A stretch of 40,638 bases of DNA, taken from assembly GCA_029939595.1 (NCBI GenBank), contig JAOZSQ010000001.1, positions 157,084 to 197,721 of the forward strand. The letters run 5' to 3'. A program made the position numbers and the translations under genes. The DNA is from Thermoplasmatota archaeon. Its GTDB lineage: Archaea; Thermoplasmatota; E2; DHVEG-1. The notes under the pieces were generated by a model. That model made no database searches and was not told the origin of the DNA. It saw nothing but the letters and a program-made list of their open reading frames with translations. Shown one piece after another: positions 7,632-17,257 of this stretch (its first letter is position 1; each line of letters begins with the position of its first letter).

Positions 7632-10316
7632 TCAACATTTGCTATTGCCACAATCTTGACATAGAAAACATCCTTCACTTAAATGAATTTTACCCCCACA
7701 CTCAGGACATTTTATCTCGTCAAATTGGGTTCCATTTTTAATAAATTTCATTAGAAATTTTTTAAGGGTGAAAATAAAGGTTCCAACCGGCACTTCAAGT
7801 TGGTCCAAACATTGAACTATCTTACATAGTTTAACATTATGCCTTAACAATAACCCAACCGATCTGGCAATCTTATCAATGTTATTTTGACCTTTACATT
7901 TTTTAGCATTATCTTCAATATGTTTCTCAGATATGTTTCTTTCTCTGGCTAAACCTTCAAATGCTTCTATTGCCCCAAAAGTGGAAACATTCGGTTCTCT
8001 GGCATTTGTTTGAACAAATATAGCAAACGGTCTTTGTTGGGCTTTATCTTTAAACGCAACATTAAAATAAAATTTCTTACCTTCACTGCGAATTCTCCAT
8101 CCCTTCATGGGATACTCAAAAGGTAATGAAACATTTTCTGCAACTACATTACCGTTACTATGCTCATTCCAGGTATTATAAAAATTCTTTTGTTCTTTTT
8201 TTATTTCTTTGTTTTTAACTTGTTCTAAAATAGGTGTCATCGTACCTTCTCTATAAGTAGTAAATCCACGAACACCACTTCTCCAAGCATCTATAAACAT
8301 TCCACTAAATTCTTCTTTTGGATATTTGTTTGGCAAATTGATTGTTTTTGAACAAGAATTATCTATGTATTTTGAGAATATTTTAAAGGGTTTTAAATGT
8401 TCATCAACATTTAACTCCATTGCCGTTGCATATACAGAATCATTTTCTTTGACTTTATTGTTCTTCTTAGCCCACTTCCAACCATAGTCTTCACAAAGGG
8501 TTTTCTTTCTTAAAATACCCGCTTTAAAGAATCTATAATTACCACATTTAGATACTAGTATTTCTTCATCATTATATATTTCTTTTTTAAAATCTGGAGT
8601 TTCAAACCACTCGCCTTTGGTTACATCTGGATATTTCATTTTTTTCAATTCTGAATACATTTTATGTGTTACTTCTAACCATCTCCAGAATTCTCTATTA
8701 ATTCCAGGTTCTAAACCACCAGAAACAACACCTGCATAAACACCAGTATTACCAGTTGGACTAACAGTTAATAACTGGCTATTTCTTAAACCTTTTGTTT
8801 TGATTTGTTTTTTTGTATAATCAGTTAAACAACCATTTTTCAAATATCCATTTTCAAATATCTTATTTTTATCATACAAAAGAAAAGTTCCCTTCTCTTG
8901 AGCCAAATCAGCACTAACCCGATATGCAGTATTTACATACAATTCCATCAATTCTTCAGTGAATTTATTGGCTTCTAATGAACCATATTTTAAACCTTTC
9001 ATCATAAGTAAACTACCATAACCAAGAAAACCACAACCAATTTTTCTTCTCAATAACGCCGCATTTTTGATTTTTTCAAAAGGATAACCGGATATATCAA
9101 TAAGATTATCAAGAGATCGGACCAATAATTTGATATCATTTTCCATTAATTTCCAATCAAAATCGTTATCTTGGTGATATTGGGTTAAATTGATATAGCC
9201 CAAATTACAAATATCTCCAAGATGATCATATTTTTTGCCACCTATTGTTTCGGTTCCGCCATCACTTAACATTGTGATTTCACCACAGGGGTTAAGAGCA
9301 ACAATTCTCTGTTTATATAACAGGTTGTTATACTTATTAGCATTATCAATAAAAAACAATCCTGGTTCATTACGATTGTACATATTATCAATTATGAGTT
9401 CCCATATACTTTTGGCATTCATAACTTTATAGATTGTTCTTTTAGTTGGATATTTATCTTTCCATTTTTTAAAATCACCATCCCATTCGGTATCATACTC
9501 CTGACAATTAATATCTGGAAACCAAAATTCCCAATCATCATCATTTTCAACACATTCCATAAATTCGTCTGTAATGGATATTGTCATATTGAATTTAGTT
9601 AAATAATTAGGTATTTTCTTTGCTTCAATATAATTTATGATATCTGGATGATTGATGTTAAGAAGAGATATTTGAGCACCTTTTCTGGCTTTTTTCTTAA
9701 CATGATATTCATCTTCATGTTGAAAAATATCTTCGGTTGGGGTTGATGAAGTTATTATTTCAGATGATTTATCATACAACTCCATAAATTTAATCACTCC
9801 TGGAGTTGGAACACCTATCCCTTTAATAAAAGTTCCTCTTGGTCTTAAATGGCTAAAATCATAACCAATACCACCTTCAGTTTTTAATATATTGGCTCCA
9901 TTATAAAGGTCCGAATATATATTTTTTAAACTATCATATGGTTTTACACTTCGTTGAGCCGAATAACAATTAAACGAATTTACATTTTTAACATCAGTTC
10001 CAGTATTTGCTGTAACTCTTCCTCCCAGGACTATTCTTTTGTTGGTTAATGCCTCATAAAATTGTATTTTTAGTTGTTTACTTTCACTTTTATATATTGA
10101 TTCAACTAATCTTTTACATGTACCTTCAACTGTTTCACCATTAAATCTGTAATTTTCCTCCCATATTTCTTTTGAAAGATTATTTTCAAAAAACTTTATC
10201 TCACTTTTCTTTTCTTTTTTTTGTATTACAACTCTTCTTTTTTCACTTTTACTATTAAAAAACATAGCTGGAATGAACTTTCCTATTCCTGCTGTTGGCG
10301 CAACTTGACCATTCAT
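7632..10316 (-). CDS. ribonucleotide reductase catalytic subunit, probably class II (NrdJ-like) with a C-terminal Zn ribbon
   Basis: It carries GGIGYDFSHLRPRG...PGVIKFMELYD, the active-site LNPCGEI, and a C-terminal CPECGGKIHLSEGCFLCQDCGNSKC. No NrdB-like small subunit is in the window. It has an ATG start and an AAGGAG SD. Confidence 0.75.
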   Translation of the reverse strand: MNGQVAPTAGIGKFIPAMFFNSKSEKRRVVIQKKEKKSEIKFFENNLSKEIWEENYRFNGETVEGTCKRLVESIYKSESKQLKIQFYEALTNKRIVLGGRVTANTGTDVKNVNSFNCYSAQRSVKPYDSLKNIYSDLYNGANILKTEGGIGYDFSHLRPRGTFIKGIGVPTPGVIKFMELYDKSSEIITSSTPTEDIFQHEDEYHVKKKARKGAQISLLNINHPDIINYIEAKKIPNYLTKFNMTISITDEFMECVENDDDWEFWFPDINCQEYDTEWDGDFKKWKDKYPTKRTIYKVMNAKSIWELIIDNMYNRNEPGLFFIDNANKYNNLLYKQRIVALNPCGEITMLSDGGTETIGGKKYDHLGDICNLGYINLTQYHQDNDFDWKLMENDIKLLVRSLDNLIDISGYPFEKIKNAALLRRKIGCGFLGYGSLLMMKGLKYGSLEANKFTEELMELYVNTAYRVSADLAQEKGTFLLYDKNKIFENGYLKNGCLTDYTKKQIKTKGLRNSQLLTVSPTGNTGVYAGVVSGGLEPGINREFWRWLEVTHKMYSELKKMKYPDVTKGEWFETPDFKKEIYNDEEILVSKCGNYRFFKAGILRKKTLCEDYGWKWAKKNNKVKENDSVYATAMELNVDEHLKPFKIFSKYIDNSCSKTINLPNKYPKEEFSGMFIDAWRSGVRGFTTYREGTMTPILEQVKNKEIKKEQKNFYNTWNEHSNGNVVAENVSLPFEYPMKGWRIRSEGKKFYFNVAFKDKAQQRPFAIFVQTNAREPNVSTFGAIEAFEGLARERNISEKHIEDNAKKCKGQNNIDKIARSVGLLLRHNVKLCKIVQCLDQLEVPVGTFIFTLKKFLMKFIKNGTQFDEIKCPECGGKIHLSEGCFLCQDCGNSKC

Positions 10317-10345
10317 TTAAACTCCTTGGACAATTTTGTTGAAAA

Positions 10346-10876
10346 TTATTCTCCTCGTCTTCTTCCACCACTTGATTCGGGTATTGGTGATTTCTCTTTA
10401 GCTTCTTCCTTTTCTGCGTCCTGTGAGGTTGGAAATGTGAAATTGGTAATTGACATAACACCTGCCGATACATTTCCAGCTATAAATATGAGAATATCTC
10501 GCAAAGGAATATCACCTTCTCTAAATGCTACTATACAAACGATGAGGATTAAAAGTGCGTAATGAAATATTACTACTGTAAATCTTAAAAGTCTACTGGC
10601 ATGTATACCTCCTGGTTTTATTGCCATCCCTTTAACATATCTTCTTGGATCAAAAACTTCTTTTACTTTTTTTGTTATTGATTTATCCTCCGTAGGTTGA
10701 ATTGGTGGTTCAGAATGAATTGGTTCAGAATGAATTTCAGGCGTATTCTCGTCTTTTTGTTTTTCTTCCATTTTTTCTCTCCTTATTCTATCTTGTTTAC
10801 GTTCTTCCAGTTCTTTCAACCGTTGGGTTTGTTCTTTTTTAAGATCACGAACTGGTTGTATAATCTTTTCTGTCAT
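10346..10876 (-). CDS. hypothetical membrane protein
   Basis: Hydrophobic segments such as FTVVIFHYALLILIVCIVAF, preceded by a Lys/Glu-rich region with an EIHSEPIHSEP repeat. Confidence 0.5.
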   Translation of the reverse strand: MTEKIIQPVRDLKKEQTQRLKELEERKQDRIRREKMEEKQKDENTPEIHSEPIHSEPPIQPTEDKSITKKVKEVFDPRRYVKGMAIKPGGIHASRLLRFTVVIFHYALLILIVCIVAFREGDIPLRDILIFIAGNVSAGVMSITNFTFPTSQDAEKEEAKEKSPIPESSGGRRRGE

Positions 10877-11682
10877 TCTATATTATCAATAATATCGGAT
10901 ATATATTCAAATCGGGTTTTCATTTTTGATTTAATCATCTTGAATTCTTTATTCCATTTTGGCAATAACTTCGTATGCCCTTTGTTTAATTCATTAATAA
11001 TACTATTATTTTCGCTATCTAACATTCTATTTAAACTAGACCATGATACACTTGAAAATTTCTTTTCAGATGGTTTTATATTTGCAAATGCAAAAATTTC
11101 TTTACAAGGTCCAGGGTGTTCGGGATCACAGAAGGTATCTATCTCTCCTGGTTCATCTGAAAATAAAGAACCTTTTCTTCCTCCTTGTGCTCTAAATGTT
11201 AAAGCTCCTCCTGGATCTATTCGGTAAGCATTCTTTTTTTCATCAATTAAAATATTTGGGGCTTCCCAACCACCGGTTCCAGGCATATCCCAATTAGCCA
11301 TTAAAACGTCAACATAAAAACCTTCAGCTATATTAACATTATCTATTAATTGTTCATAACCCACATGATTACCTCTAACTTCTTTAGAAGCCAATCCTAA
11401 TCTTCTACCACCGGTTACTAATTCTGCATTTGGAACTCTTATTTTGAAATGTCTGTAAATTTTGTAGGCAAGGTATTCAACTAAGGTGTGAAGCTCGGAA
11501 TCATCAGGAACATCGTAACGATCTTTATCAGAAAACTTAACATAAAAAATATCTTTTCCATCTCTAAGTTTCATTTTTGTAACATCATGAGTGGAAATAG
11601 TAATCCGTTCTTTTGTGTCGGTCAAACTTCCAATAAATAATTCTTCAAGTCTTTGTTTGAAGTATTTCTTAAACTTAATCAT
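10873..11682 (-). CDS. hypothetical protein with a PI3K/PI4K-like catalytic-segment motif (possible atypical kinase or pseudokinase)
   Basis: GTGGWEAPNILIDEKKNAYRIDPGG aligns with the PI3K segment [25 protein letters not shown], keeping the same 8-residue spacing between NIL(I/M) and ID(P/F)G. The DRH residues are replaced by GWE. This rests on memory of the motif only. Confidence 0.45.
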   Translation of the reverse strand: MIKFKKYFKQRLEELFIGSLTDTKERITISTHDVTKMKLRDGKDIFYVKFSDKDRYDVPDDSELHTLVEYLAYKIYRHFKIRVPNAELVTGGRRLGLASKEVRGNHVGYEQLIDNVNIAEGFYVDVLMANWDMPGTGGWEAPNILIDEKKNAYRIDPGGALTFRAQGGRKGSLFSDEPGEIDTFCDPEHPGPCKEIFAFANIKPSEKKFSSVSWSSLNRMLDSENNSIINELNKGHTKLLPKWNKEFKMIKSKMKTRFEYISDIIDNIE

Positions 11683-11861
11683 ATTGTATCATAATTGTGT
11701 TTATATTCTAAATATTCTTCAATCATTATTTCAAATTGATCTTTAGTTACTTTAACTGTTCCGCCAAAATCATCCTTTATTGTCAAAATTCGGTCTTTAA
11801 TCTCAACCTTCGGGCAATTATGACTTGAAACACAACATTTGAATGCATATGTATCTTCCAT
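11679..11861 (-). CDS. small hypothetical protein
   Basis: A 60-aa ORF with an ATG start and an AAGGAG SD. Confidence 0.4.
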   Translation of the reverse strand: MEDTYAFKCCVSSHNCPKVEIKDRILTIKDDFGGTVKVTKDQFEIMIEEYLEYKHNYDTI

Positions 11862-11909
11862 CTCGTTCTCCTTTCTTTTTTAATTTATTCGTCATTTTGA
11901 ATAAATTAG

Positions 11910-12281
11910 TTATTCCACTTCTGCCATATATTTTTTCCATTCAGGATGTTCTTTTACTTTATATTCTATCAAATATTTAGCCCATCTGAATGTTTGAGCA
12001 ACATAACTTAAAGTCCATACAATTGCTCCGGCAGCGCATCCTAACAGAAAATTAAATATGCCATAATGAACCAATCCAAACATATAAAATGATATTGCAA
12101 AACCAATCCAAGACCCCATACACATTGGGCAAACAATAAAATCATACCAAAATATAGATTTTGATTTTATTTTTTGACGCAATCCCTCAAATATATCACC
12201 TATATTGATAATAAGAGTAACGCCAAAAACAAAACAAATGAAGTAAACAAGGGATGTTAATGATATGAACCAAGTTGTCAT
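11910..12281 (-). CDS. small polytopic membrane protein (DUF1360-like, CPMC...W motif)
   Basis: Three to four hydrophobic helices and the CPMCMGSW motif typical of DUF1360-type proteins. Confidence 0.5.
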   Translation of the reverse strand: MTTWFISLTSLVYFICFVFGVTLIINIGDIFEGLRQKIKSKSIFWYDFIVCPMCMGSWIGFAISFYMFGLVHYGIFNFLLGCAAGAIVWTLSYVAQTFRWAKYLIEYKVKEHPEWKKYMAEVE

Positions 12282-12451
12282 TTATTCCTCTTTTCTAACC
12301 ATTTTTCAACCAATACGTCCATTTGATCGGGAGTTAATTTTATTGTTGATTTAAAATCATCAATAATATAAACAGTTCCGTTTTCTGTATGCATACTCGG
12401 ACAACATCCAGCACGACATAAATTTTCTATTTTTTTCAAATCTCTTTCCAT
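12278..12451 (-). CDS. small Cys-rich hypothetical protein (57 aa)
   Basis: MERDLKKIENLCRAGCCPSMHTENGTVYIIDDF... Its stop overlaps the ATG of the next gene as ATGA. Confidence 0.3.
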   Translation of the reverse strand: MERDLKKIENLCRAGCCPSMHTENGTVYIIDDFKSTIKLTPDQMDVLVEKWLEKRNK

Positions 12452-12457
12452 TATTTA

Positions 12458-12745
12458 TCATCCAAGTCTATTTTCGCCCAATGCGGCATTCATTGCATTT
12501 TTAGGTGTATTATCATGTATTTTCCTATGTCCATCAATTATTTTGGTGGTTATATCGGCTGAATAATTATAATCATTAAATGACCAATGGCCAATACCCA
12601 TTTTAAAAAGTGGTCTTCCAACAGTCTGTTCCATCTTAATACCACACTTTGGGCAATTGAATTTTTTCTTTGAATATTCTTTAATTTTGAGAATTTCTTC
12701 TGTGACTACTTCACATTTTTTACATTGAAACTCATACAACGGCAT
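12458..12745 (-). CDS. Zn-ribbon small protein
   Basis: Paired CxxC motifs: CKKCEV ... CPKCG. Confidence 0.5.
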   Translation of the reverse strand: MPLYEFQCKKCEVVTEEILKIKEYSKKKFNCPKCGIKMEQTVGRPLFKMGIGHWSFNDYNYSADITTKIIDGHRKIHDNTPKNAMNAALGENRLG

Positions 12746-13173
12746 TATTTTCTCCTTTTAAGGTTTGGTAATTTCTTTACCCATTTATTTAGTTCTAAAT
12801 TTGATTCATAAATTATTTTTATTTTCTTTTTGAAAGAATAATCACTCCATTCATCTCTCATAAACCTTTCTATGGTACATTTAATAAAGGATTTTTTATA
12901 AGTATTTTCTTCCCATTTAAAATTCTTTGGTAGATTTTTTTTTAATTTGGGATAAAAAACATTAAACGCTATATAACATTGAAAAGATTTTTCATAAACA
13001 TGCCCCGAACAACAAGCCAAAGATTTATAACCTTTTTTCCACAATAAGATAATAGCATCAGCTATCAATTCATCAACCTGTATTAACTCACCAAAACAAG
13101 TAATATCAGGACAGGTATAACCATATAATAGTTCTTTATCTAATATTTTATAACAACTTTTACATACTAACAT
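12745..13173 (-). CDS. Cys-rich hypothetical protein
   Basis: A 142-aa ORF with multiple Cys pairs (CKSCY, CPDITC). Confidence 0.5.
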   Translation of the reverse strand: MLVCKSCYKILDKELLYGYTCPDITCFGELIQVDELIADAIILLWKKGYKSLACCSGHVYEKSFQCYIAFNVFYPKLKKNLPKNFKWEENTYKKSFIKCTIERFMRDEWSDYSFKKKIKIIYESNLELNKWVKKLPNLKRRK

Positions 13174-13378
13174 TATTTTCCATTATTTTATAATTGGTTG
13201 AATAAATCTCATCATTTGGACCGCCTTTTGGATCAAAATCATGCCAATATTCTATATATGAGCATTGTGGACAAGATACCAATGAATAACTAGATGGATA
13301 ATGAAATTTACATTCGCATTCGCATTTAATTACAAGCATATTTACCTTCTCAGTCCAATAAACTTCCAATAATATCAT
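13160..13378 (-). CDS. Zn-finger small protein
   Basis: CECECKF ... CPQC motifs. Confidence 0.45.
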   Translation of the reverse strand: MILLEVYWTEKVNMLVIKCECECKFHYPSSYSLVSCPQCSYIEYWHDFDPKGGPNDEIYSTNYKIMENNVSM

Positions 13379-13386
13379 TGATAAAT

Positions 13387-13902
13387 TTAAACTTCCAAAA
13401 GTTTATCAAAAATTTTTAAACTTAAATTTACTTTATGTAACGAATATTTATAAAATAATACTCTCTCATTTTCAAAAGCTTCTATCTCCCAAGGTCGTTT
13501 ATGATATTCTATTCTATCAAAATCTCCATAATATTTTCCATCCCATTTCATATTATAAAAACATTTTCCAATTTGCATTCTTTCCATAAGTTTACCCGAA
13601 GCATTTTGTGCAACATGAATAAACTCATGAGCCAATGTTTCTAGTTTTTCATCATCACTTAAAGACCGTCTTATTTTGATATGAAATTTCCGATGTGGTT
13701 TGAAGTAACCATAAACCTTATCTAAAACTTTAATTTCTCCCTCATCATCCTTTCCACTAAACTTTCGTTGGTTAATAAATTCAACTAATATATCTAATTT
13801 TTTTATAATTTTTTTGGGCAATAACTCTTTCACAAAAAAACAACAAGCCTTTTCAAAATCTTTTAAATCCGCATTGCCTCTTTGTTGGACTTTTAATTTC
13901 AT
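13387..13902 (-). CDS. SprT-like / HExxH zinc-metallopeptidase-like protein
   Basis: TLAHEFIHVAQ matches the HExxH motif. The size and arrangement resemble SprT-like proteins. Confidence 0.45.
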   Translation of the reverse strand: MKLKVQQRGNADLKDFEKACCFFVKELLPKKIIKKLDILVEFINQRKFSGKDDEGEIKVLDKVYGYFKPHRKFHIKIRRSLSDDEKLETLAHEFIHVAQNASGKLMERMQIGKCFYNMKWDGKYYGDFDRIEYHKRPWEIEAFENERVLFYKYSLHKVNLSLKIFDKLLEV

Positions 13903-13904
13903 AA

Positions 13905-14153
13905 CTAACCCTCATGGATACATTTTTCCCAACCACAAACAGGACACTTTATAGCTGTAAAATACTCTCCTGAACCAACTATAAACTCCTCAGAACCACA
14001 TTTTTTACATCTTAGTTTTTTAGCCGGTTCCTCATCATATTGTCCTATATGAAATGTATCATCATCTACTTCTTCAAAAAGAGTTTCTGAATATATTTCA
14101 TAATCTTCATCAGTAGTTTCATCAATCGTATCATCCCAATAATAATTTCTCAT
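13905..14153 (-). CDS. Zn-ribbon small acidic protein
   Basis: CKKCGSEEF ... CPVCGWE. Confidence 0.5.
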   Translation of the reverse strand: MRNYYWDDTIDETTDEDYEIYSETLFEEVDDDTFHIGQYDEEPAKKLRCKKCGSEEFIVGSGEYFTAIKCPVCGWEKCIHEG

Positions 14154-14529
14154 ATTTCATTAACACCACGTTTATAGTTATTTTGAAAATTTTAGCTAAT
14201 ACCAATCTGGTATTGCCACTTACACAATGATATTTTTTACCTTTTTTAAGAATTATAGGAGCCTCCATTTTGCCTTTAATAAAGCCTGATATTATACCCT
14301 CAATATTCCTATAACAATCATTGGCTCTAAACATTTCATAAACTCCTAAAATACTAACAATTGGATCGTTTACATTACAATTATATATTTTCTTACGATT
14401 TAGTTTTGTAATTTTTGCTTTATTATATATCAATCTTAATTGATTCAATGGGATAAAAAATTCGGCAGATACCCGCTCAAATTCACCATATTCTGTTTCA
14501 AATTTTGGTTTGATCCACTTTATTTCCAT
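14131..14529 (-). CDS. hypothetical protein, possible ParB-like nuclease domain
   Basis: YHCVSGNTRLVLAK resembles the ParB/Srx GxxR(L)xxAK arginine-finger motif. The match is weak. Confidence 0.4.
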   Translation of the reverse strand: MEIKWIKPKFETEYGEFERVSAEFFIPLNQLRLIYNKAKITKLNRKKIYNCNVNDPIVSILGVYEMFRANDCYRNIEGIISGFIKGKMEAPIILKKGKKYHCVSGNTRLVLAKIFKITINVVLMKYEKLLLG

Positions 14530-14756
14530 ATATTATCACACTCTCTTATTTCTTTTACAACGGATTCCATTGCCCCAATAGCTTCTTGAGTAGAATCATA
14601 AATTGGACCCGAACTAAGTATTAGCTTTTTATATTCATCACCAATAACCCTTGCAATCATTCCAGAATATTTCCCATTCTCTTGTTCGCCATGTCCACAT
14701 ATGATTTCGTCACCACATGATTTAATTTCAATCGCTGATATTAACGAAACTCCCAT
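14520..14756 (-). CDS. small hypothetical protein
   Basis: A 78-aa ORF, tightly packed between neighbouring genes. Confidence 0.4.
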   Translation of the reverse strand: MGVSLISAIEIKSCGDEIICGHGEQENGKYSGMIARVIGDEYKKLILSSGPIYDSTQEAIGAMESVVKEIRECDNIWK

Positions 14757-15731
14757 TTAAACCTCCCATTTTTGGCTCATATTTAGCCCTAGAATCGTTT
14801 TCGCCTCAAATCCATAGTAAGTGTTAGCCTCAATCGTTCTTTGCAATTTATCAAGCGTATAACACCCTTTAACTACCATTTCATTTGGATCATTATATTC
14901 TAAATCCTTCGGCCAGATTACCACTTTATGTCCCTCTTCAATGTTCTTTTTAATTTTGTTGAAAGTTTCTTTGTGCCGGTCATTATCATAAACAAAAATC
15001 GGATTTTTTATTTTTTCTAAAATTATTTGAGGAACATCACCACCAATCATAGCAATAGAATTTCTAACAAATACACTATCAATAATACTTTCAAAAATAT
15101 AAACCGGTTTACTACCATCTACATTGAAAATATTATATATTTTCAAATTTTCTTGAGACCATGTATGAAATTTTTTAATATTAATTTTTCGTCCCTGGAA
15201 CCCATATACCCGATCAAAATTATCATAATATGGGAAAATTAACATTTCATGGGTTGGTAATTTTGGATTGTTACAATAATATAACTTTTTTGTAACTTCA
15301 AAGGGGAGTTTTCTACTTCGGCAATATTTAAAAGACTCTTTATGATCTAATACAGATATGAAATTATTTTTGTTCAGTTCTACAAATCGGATGTTAATAC
15401 GAGTATCAAATATCTTTGGGGTTTTTGATTTGAAAGTTTGTTTTATATTTTCAAAATATTTTTTCTTTTCTTTCTTTCTATAACCCTCATAAACTCCTGT
15501 TTCATTCTCTTTTAAAAACCATTTAAAAGAATCTTTATAACCACAATTATGACAATAATATTCTAAATTATCATATTCTTCCCCATCTAAAATCCAACCC
15601 CTTTTTTTATATGGATTCTTTTTGCTGTCGCCACAAATAACACATCTAAACAACCAACCCTTACTTTTTCTTTCAATAAGAGGAAGATTTAATTGATGGA
15701 TGAATTCTTCTTCTTCGTATTTGTCTAACAT
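14757..15731 (-). CDS. 61: DNA primase (T4 gp61-like: N-terminal Zn ribbon plus TOPRIM)
   Basis: CVICGD...CHNCG forms the Zn ribbon. The TOPRIM domain has the acidic residue in IFESIID and the DxD in VYDND. Confidence 0.8.
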   Translation of the reverse strand: MLDKYEEEEFIHQLNLPLIERKSKGWLFRCVICGDSKKNPYKKRGWILDGEEYDNLEYYCHNCGYKDSFKWFLKENETGVYEGYRKKEKKKYFENIKQTFKSKTPKIFDTRINIRFVELNKNNFISVLDHKESFKYCRSRKLPFEVTKKLYYCNNPKLPTHEMLIFPYYDNFDRVYGFQGRKINIKKFHTWSQENLKIYNIFNVDGSKPVYIFESIIDSVFVRNSIAMIGGDVPQIILEKIKNPIFVYDNDRHKETFNKIKKNIEEGHKVVIWPKDLEYNDPNEMVVKGCYTLDKLQRTIEANTYYGFEAKTILGLNMSQKWEV

Positions 15732-15919
15732 GAAAATTCACATATATCCAGTTTATCTTGAGTTGTTATAACACATGGTTTAATTTTTGAATTTCGTTCT
15801 TTATATAAGATTATACAATCTTTTTTAAATTCACAATACATACAACAAACATTACTATCCTGTTTACAATATTCTGGTCTTATGTTTGCGTTGCAAAAGT
15901 ATAGTTTTTTCTGGATCAT
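15725..15919 (-). CDS. small Cys-rich protein
   Basis: A 64-aa ORF with eight Cys residues. Confidence 0.4.
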   Translation of the reverse strand: MIQKKLYFCNANIRPEYCKQDSNVCCMYCEFKKDCIILYKERNSKIKPCVITTQDKLDICEFSC

Positions 15920-16776
15920 ATTAAGCTAAATTCATAATTACGAAGATTATTAAGTTTTAATGCCACATCTATAAGCCTATATTTACTACAAAATTCTAAC
16001 AATTTCATTTGATTGAAATCTCCCTGCGGTTCATCAAATTTGCTAATTATTCCCTTTTCAATATTCATTGGAATACAGTCAAAATCAATCAATTTTTTAT
16101 TAAATTCAAACCGGTCTTTCGCTTCTGGATTGTCATAAAAATATACATCTAATTTTTCATATACCTTTTCTGCGGTCTTCGGTCCAATTCTTTTTCCTAT
16201 GGCTTTTATGCCATCTTGTTTGTCACCTTGTATAATAAGAAGAGTTAAATATTTTGTTGCCTCTTCTGGTGTCATTTTTATTTCTTTATATTTGATAGGA
16301 TCAAACATGATAACTTTGTCATTAAGAAGCTGTTTAAAATCTTTGTCCGATGAAATTATAACTACTCTTTCATTTTTTCTCTGAACAATAAGCTTGGCAA
16401 TTACCCCAATTACATCATCAGCTTCAGCCCCTTCCGATCTGATAACTCTAATGTCAGAATAATCTCTTAACACATCTTCAACATTTTTTAAAATTTCAAA
16501 TAATTTTTTCCAATCCAATTCGGGATCTTTCTTCCTGTTTCCCTTATAAGCAGAATATTGGTATTCACTAAACTCTTTTTTATTGTCCTCATACCACTGC
16601 TTTCTCCAGGAAGTATCATCAACAGCAACCACTACTTCATCACTACGATATTTGCTATTAACTGACAAAATATTATTAAGTAGTAAATGAGCAGCAAAAT
16701 TATAATCGGGGATTATCTTATTTTTGTTCGCAAGAATATTGCGAAAAAACATGTGGGAGAAATCTATTATTATCAT
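15916..16776 (-). CDS. rnh: RNase H / 5'-3' flap exonuclease (T4 rnh-like, FEN family)
   Basis: YKGNR, EADDVIG and SSDKDF match the FEN-family Mg-site motifs. Confidence 0.8.
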   Translation of the reverse strand: MIIIDFSHMFFRNILANKNKIIPDYNFAAHLLLNNILSVNSKYRSDEVVVAVDDTSWRKQWYEDNKKEFSEYQYSAYKGNRKKDPELDWKKLFEILKNVEDVLRDYSDIRVIRSEGAEADDVIGVIAKLIVQRKNERVVIISSDKDFKQLLNDKVIMFDPIKYKEIKMTPEEATKYLTLLIIQGDKQDGIKAIGKRIGPKTAEKVYEKLDVYFYDNPEAKDRFEFNKKLIDFDCIPMNIEKGIISKFDEPQGDFNQMKLLEFCSKYRLIDVALKLNNLRNYEFSLI

Positions 16777-16793
16777 TAGTTTGATTTGTTTAT

Positions 16794-16815
16794 GCCCAAG
16801 TTAAGCAACTTGGGC
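16794..16815 (-). promoter_or_regulatory. perfect 9-bp GC-rich hairpin (GCCCAAGTT-aagc-AACTTGGGC) in the rnh leader
   Basis: It lies 20 nt upstream of the rnh ATG and just after the 62-aa ORF. It could be a terminator, a processing site or a translational element. Confidence 0.35.
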
Positions 16816-16830
16816 GTGTTTATAAAACGA

Positions 16831-17019
16831 TTATTTTACTAATTGTTTTAACTTTTGAGAAGGTGAAAATTTCACTCTATTATGAGCGGGAATTACCTTC
16901 GGTCCTTTTGAAATGGGGGAGTTGATTGTTTTTTCTTTAGTAGGAGCAGTACGATATGTTCCAAATTTATGAATTTGAACAGCTATCCCTTCTACTAGAT
17001 TTTGTTTTATTTCATTCAC
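16831..17019 (-). CDS. small basic hypothetical protein
   Basis: A 62-aa ORF. Confidence 0.35.
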   Translation of the reverse strand: MNEIKQNLVEGIAVQIHKFGTYRTAPTKEKTINSPISKGPKVIPAHNRVKFSPSQKLKQLVK

Positions 17020-17257
17020 AAATGCTAATAAAATTTCTTTAACAGTTGTTTCTTTAAACCCCGTTTTTTGATTTAACTATCTTAATCAATTCACCCATAT
17101 TTACTTGATCTCTCATATTCCAATACCTTTTTTCAATGTTAACATTATAACGAATCTTTAATTATTTTTGTTTGTTTAATTTTATTCATTCGTTATTTTA
17201 TAATAATACACCATATATTTATGTAAAGTCAATACTTACAACCTTAAAAAATCATTA

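Noticed and set aside
7632-10316. Intein or intron inside the large RNR gene
   Set aside because: The ORF is continuous with no intein block motifs or size excess. It was reported because phage RNRs often harbour them.
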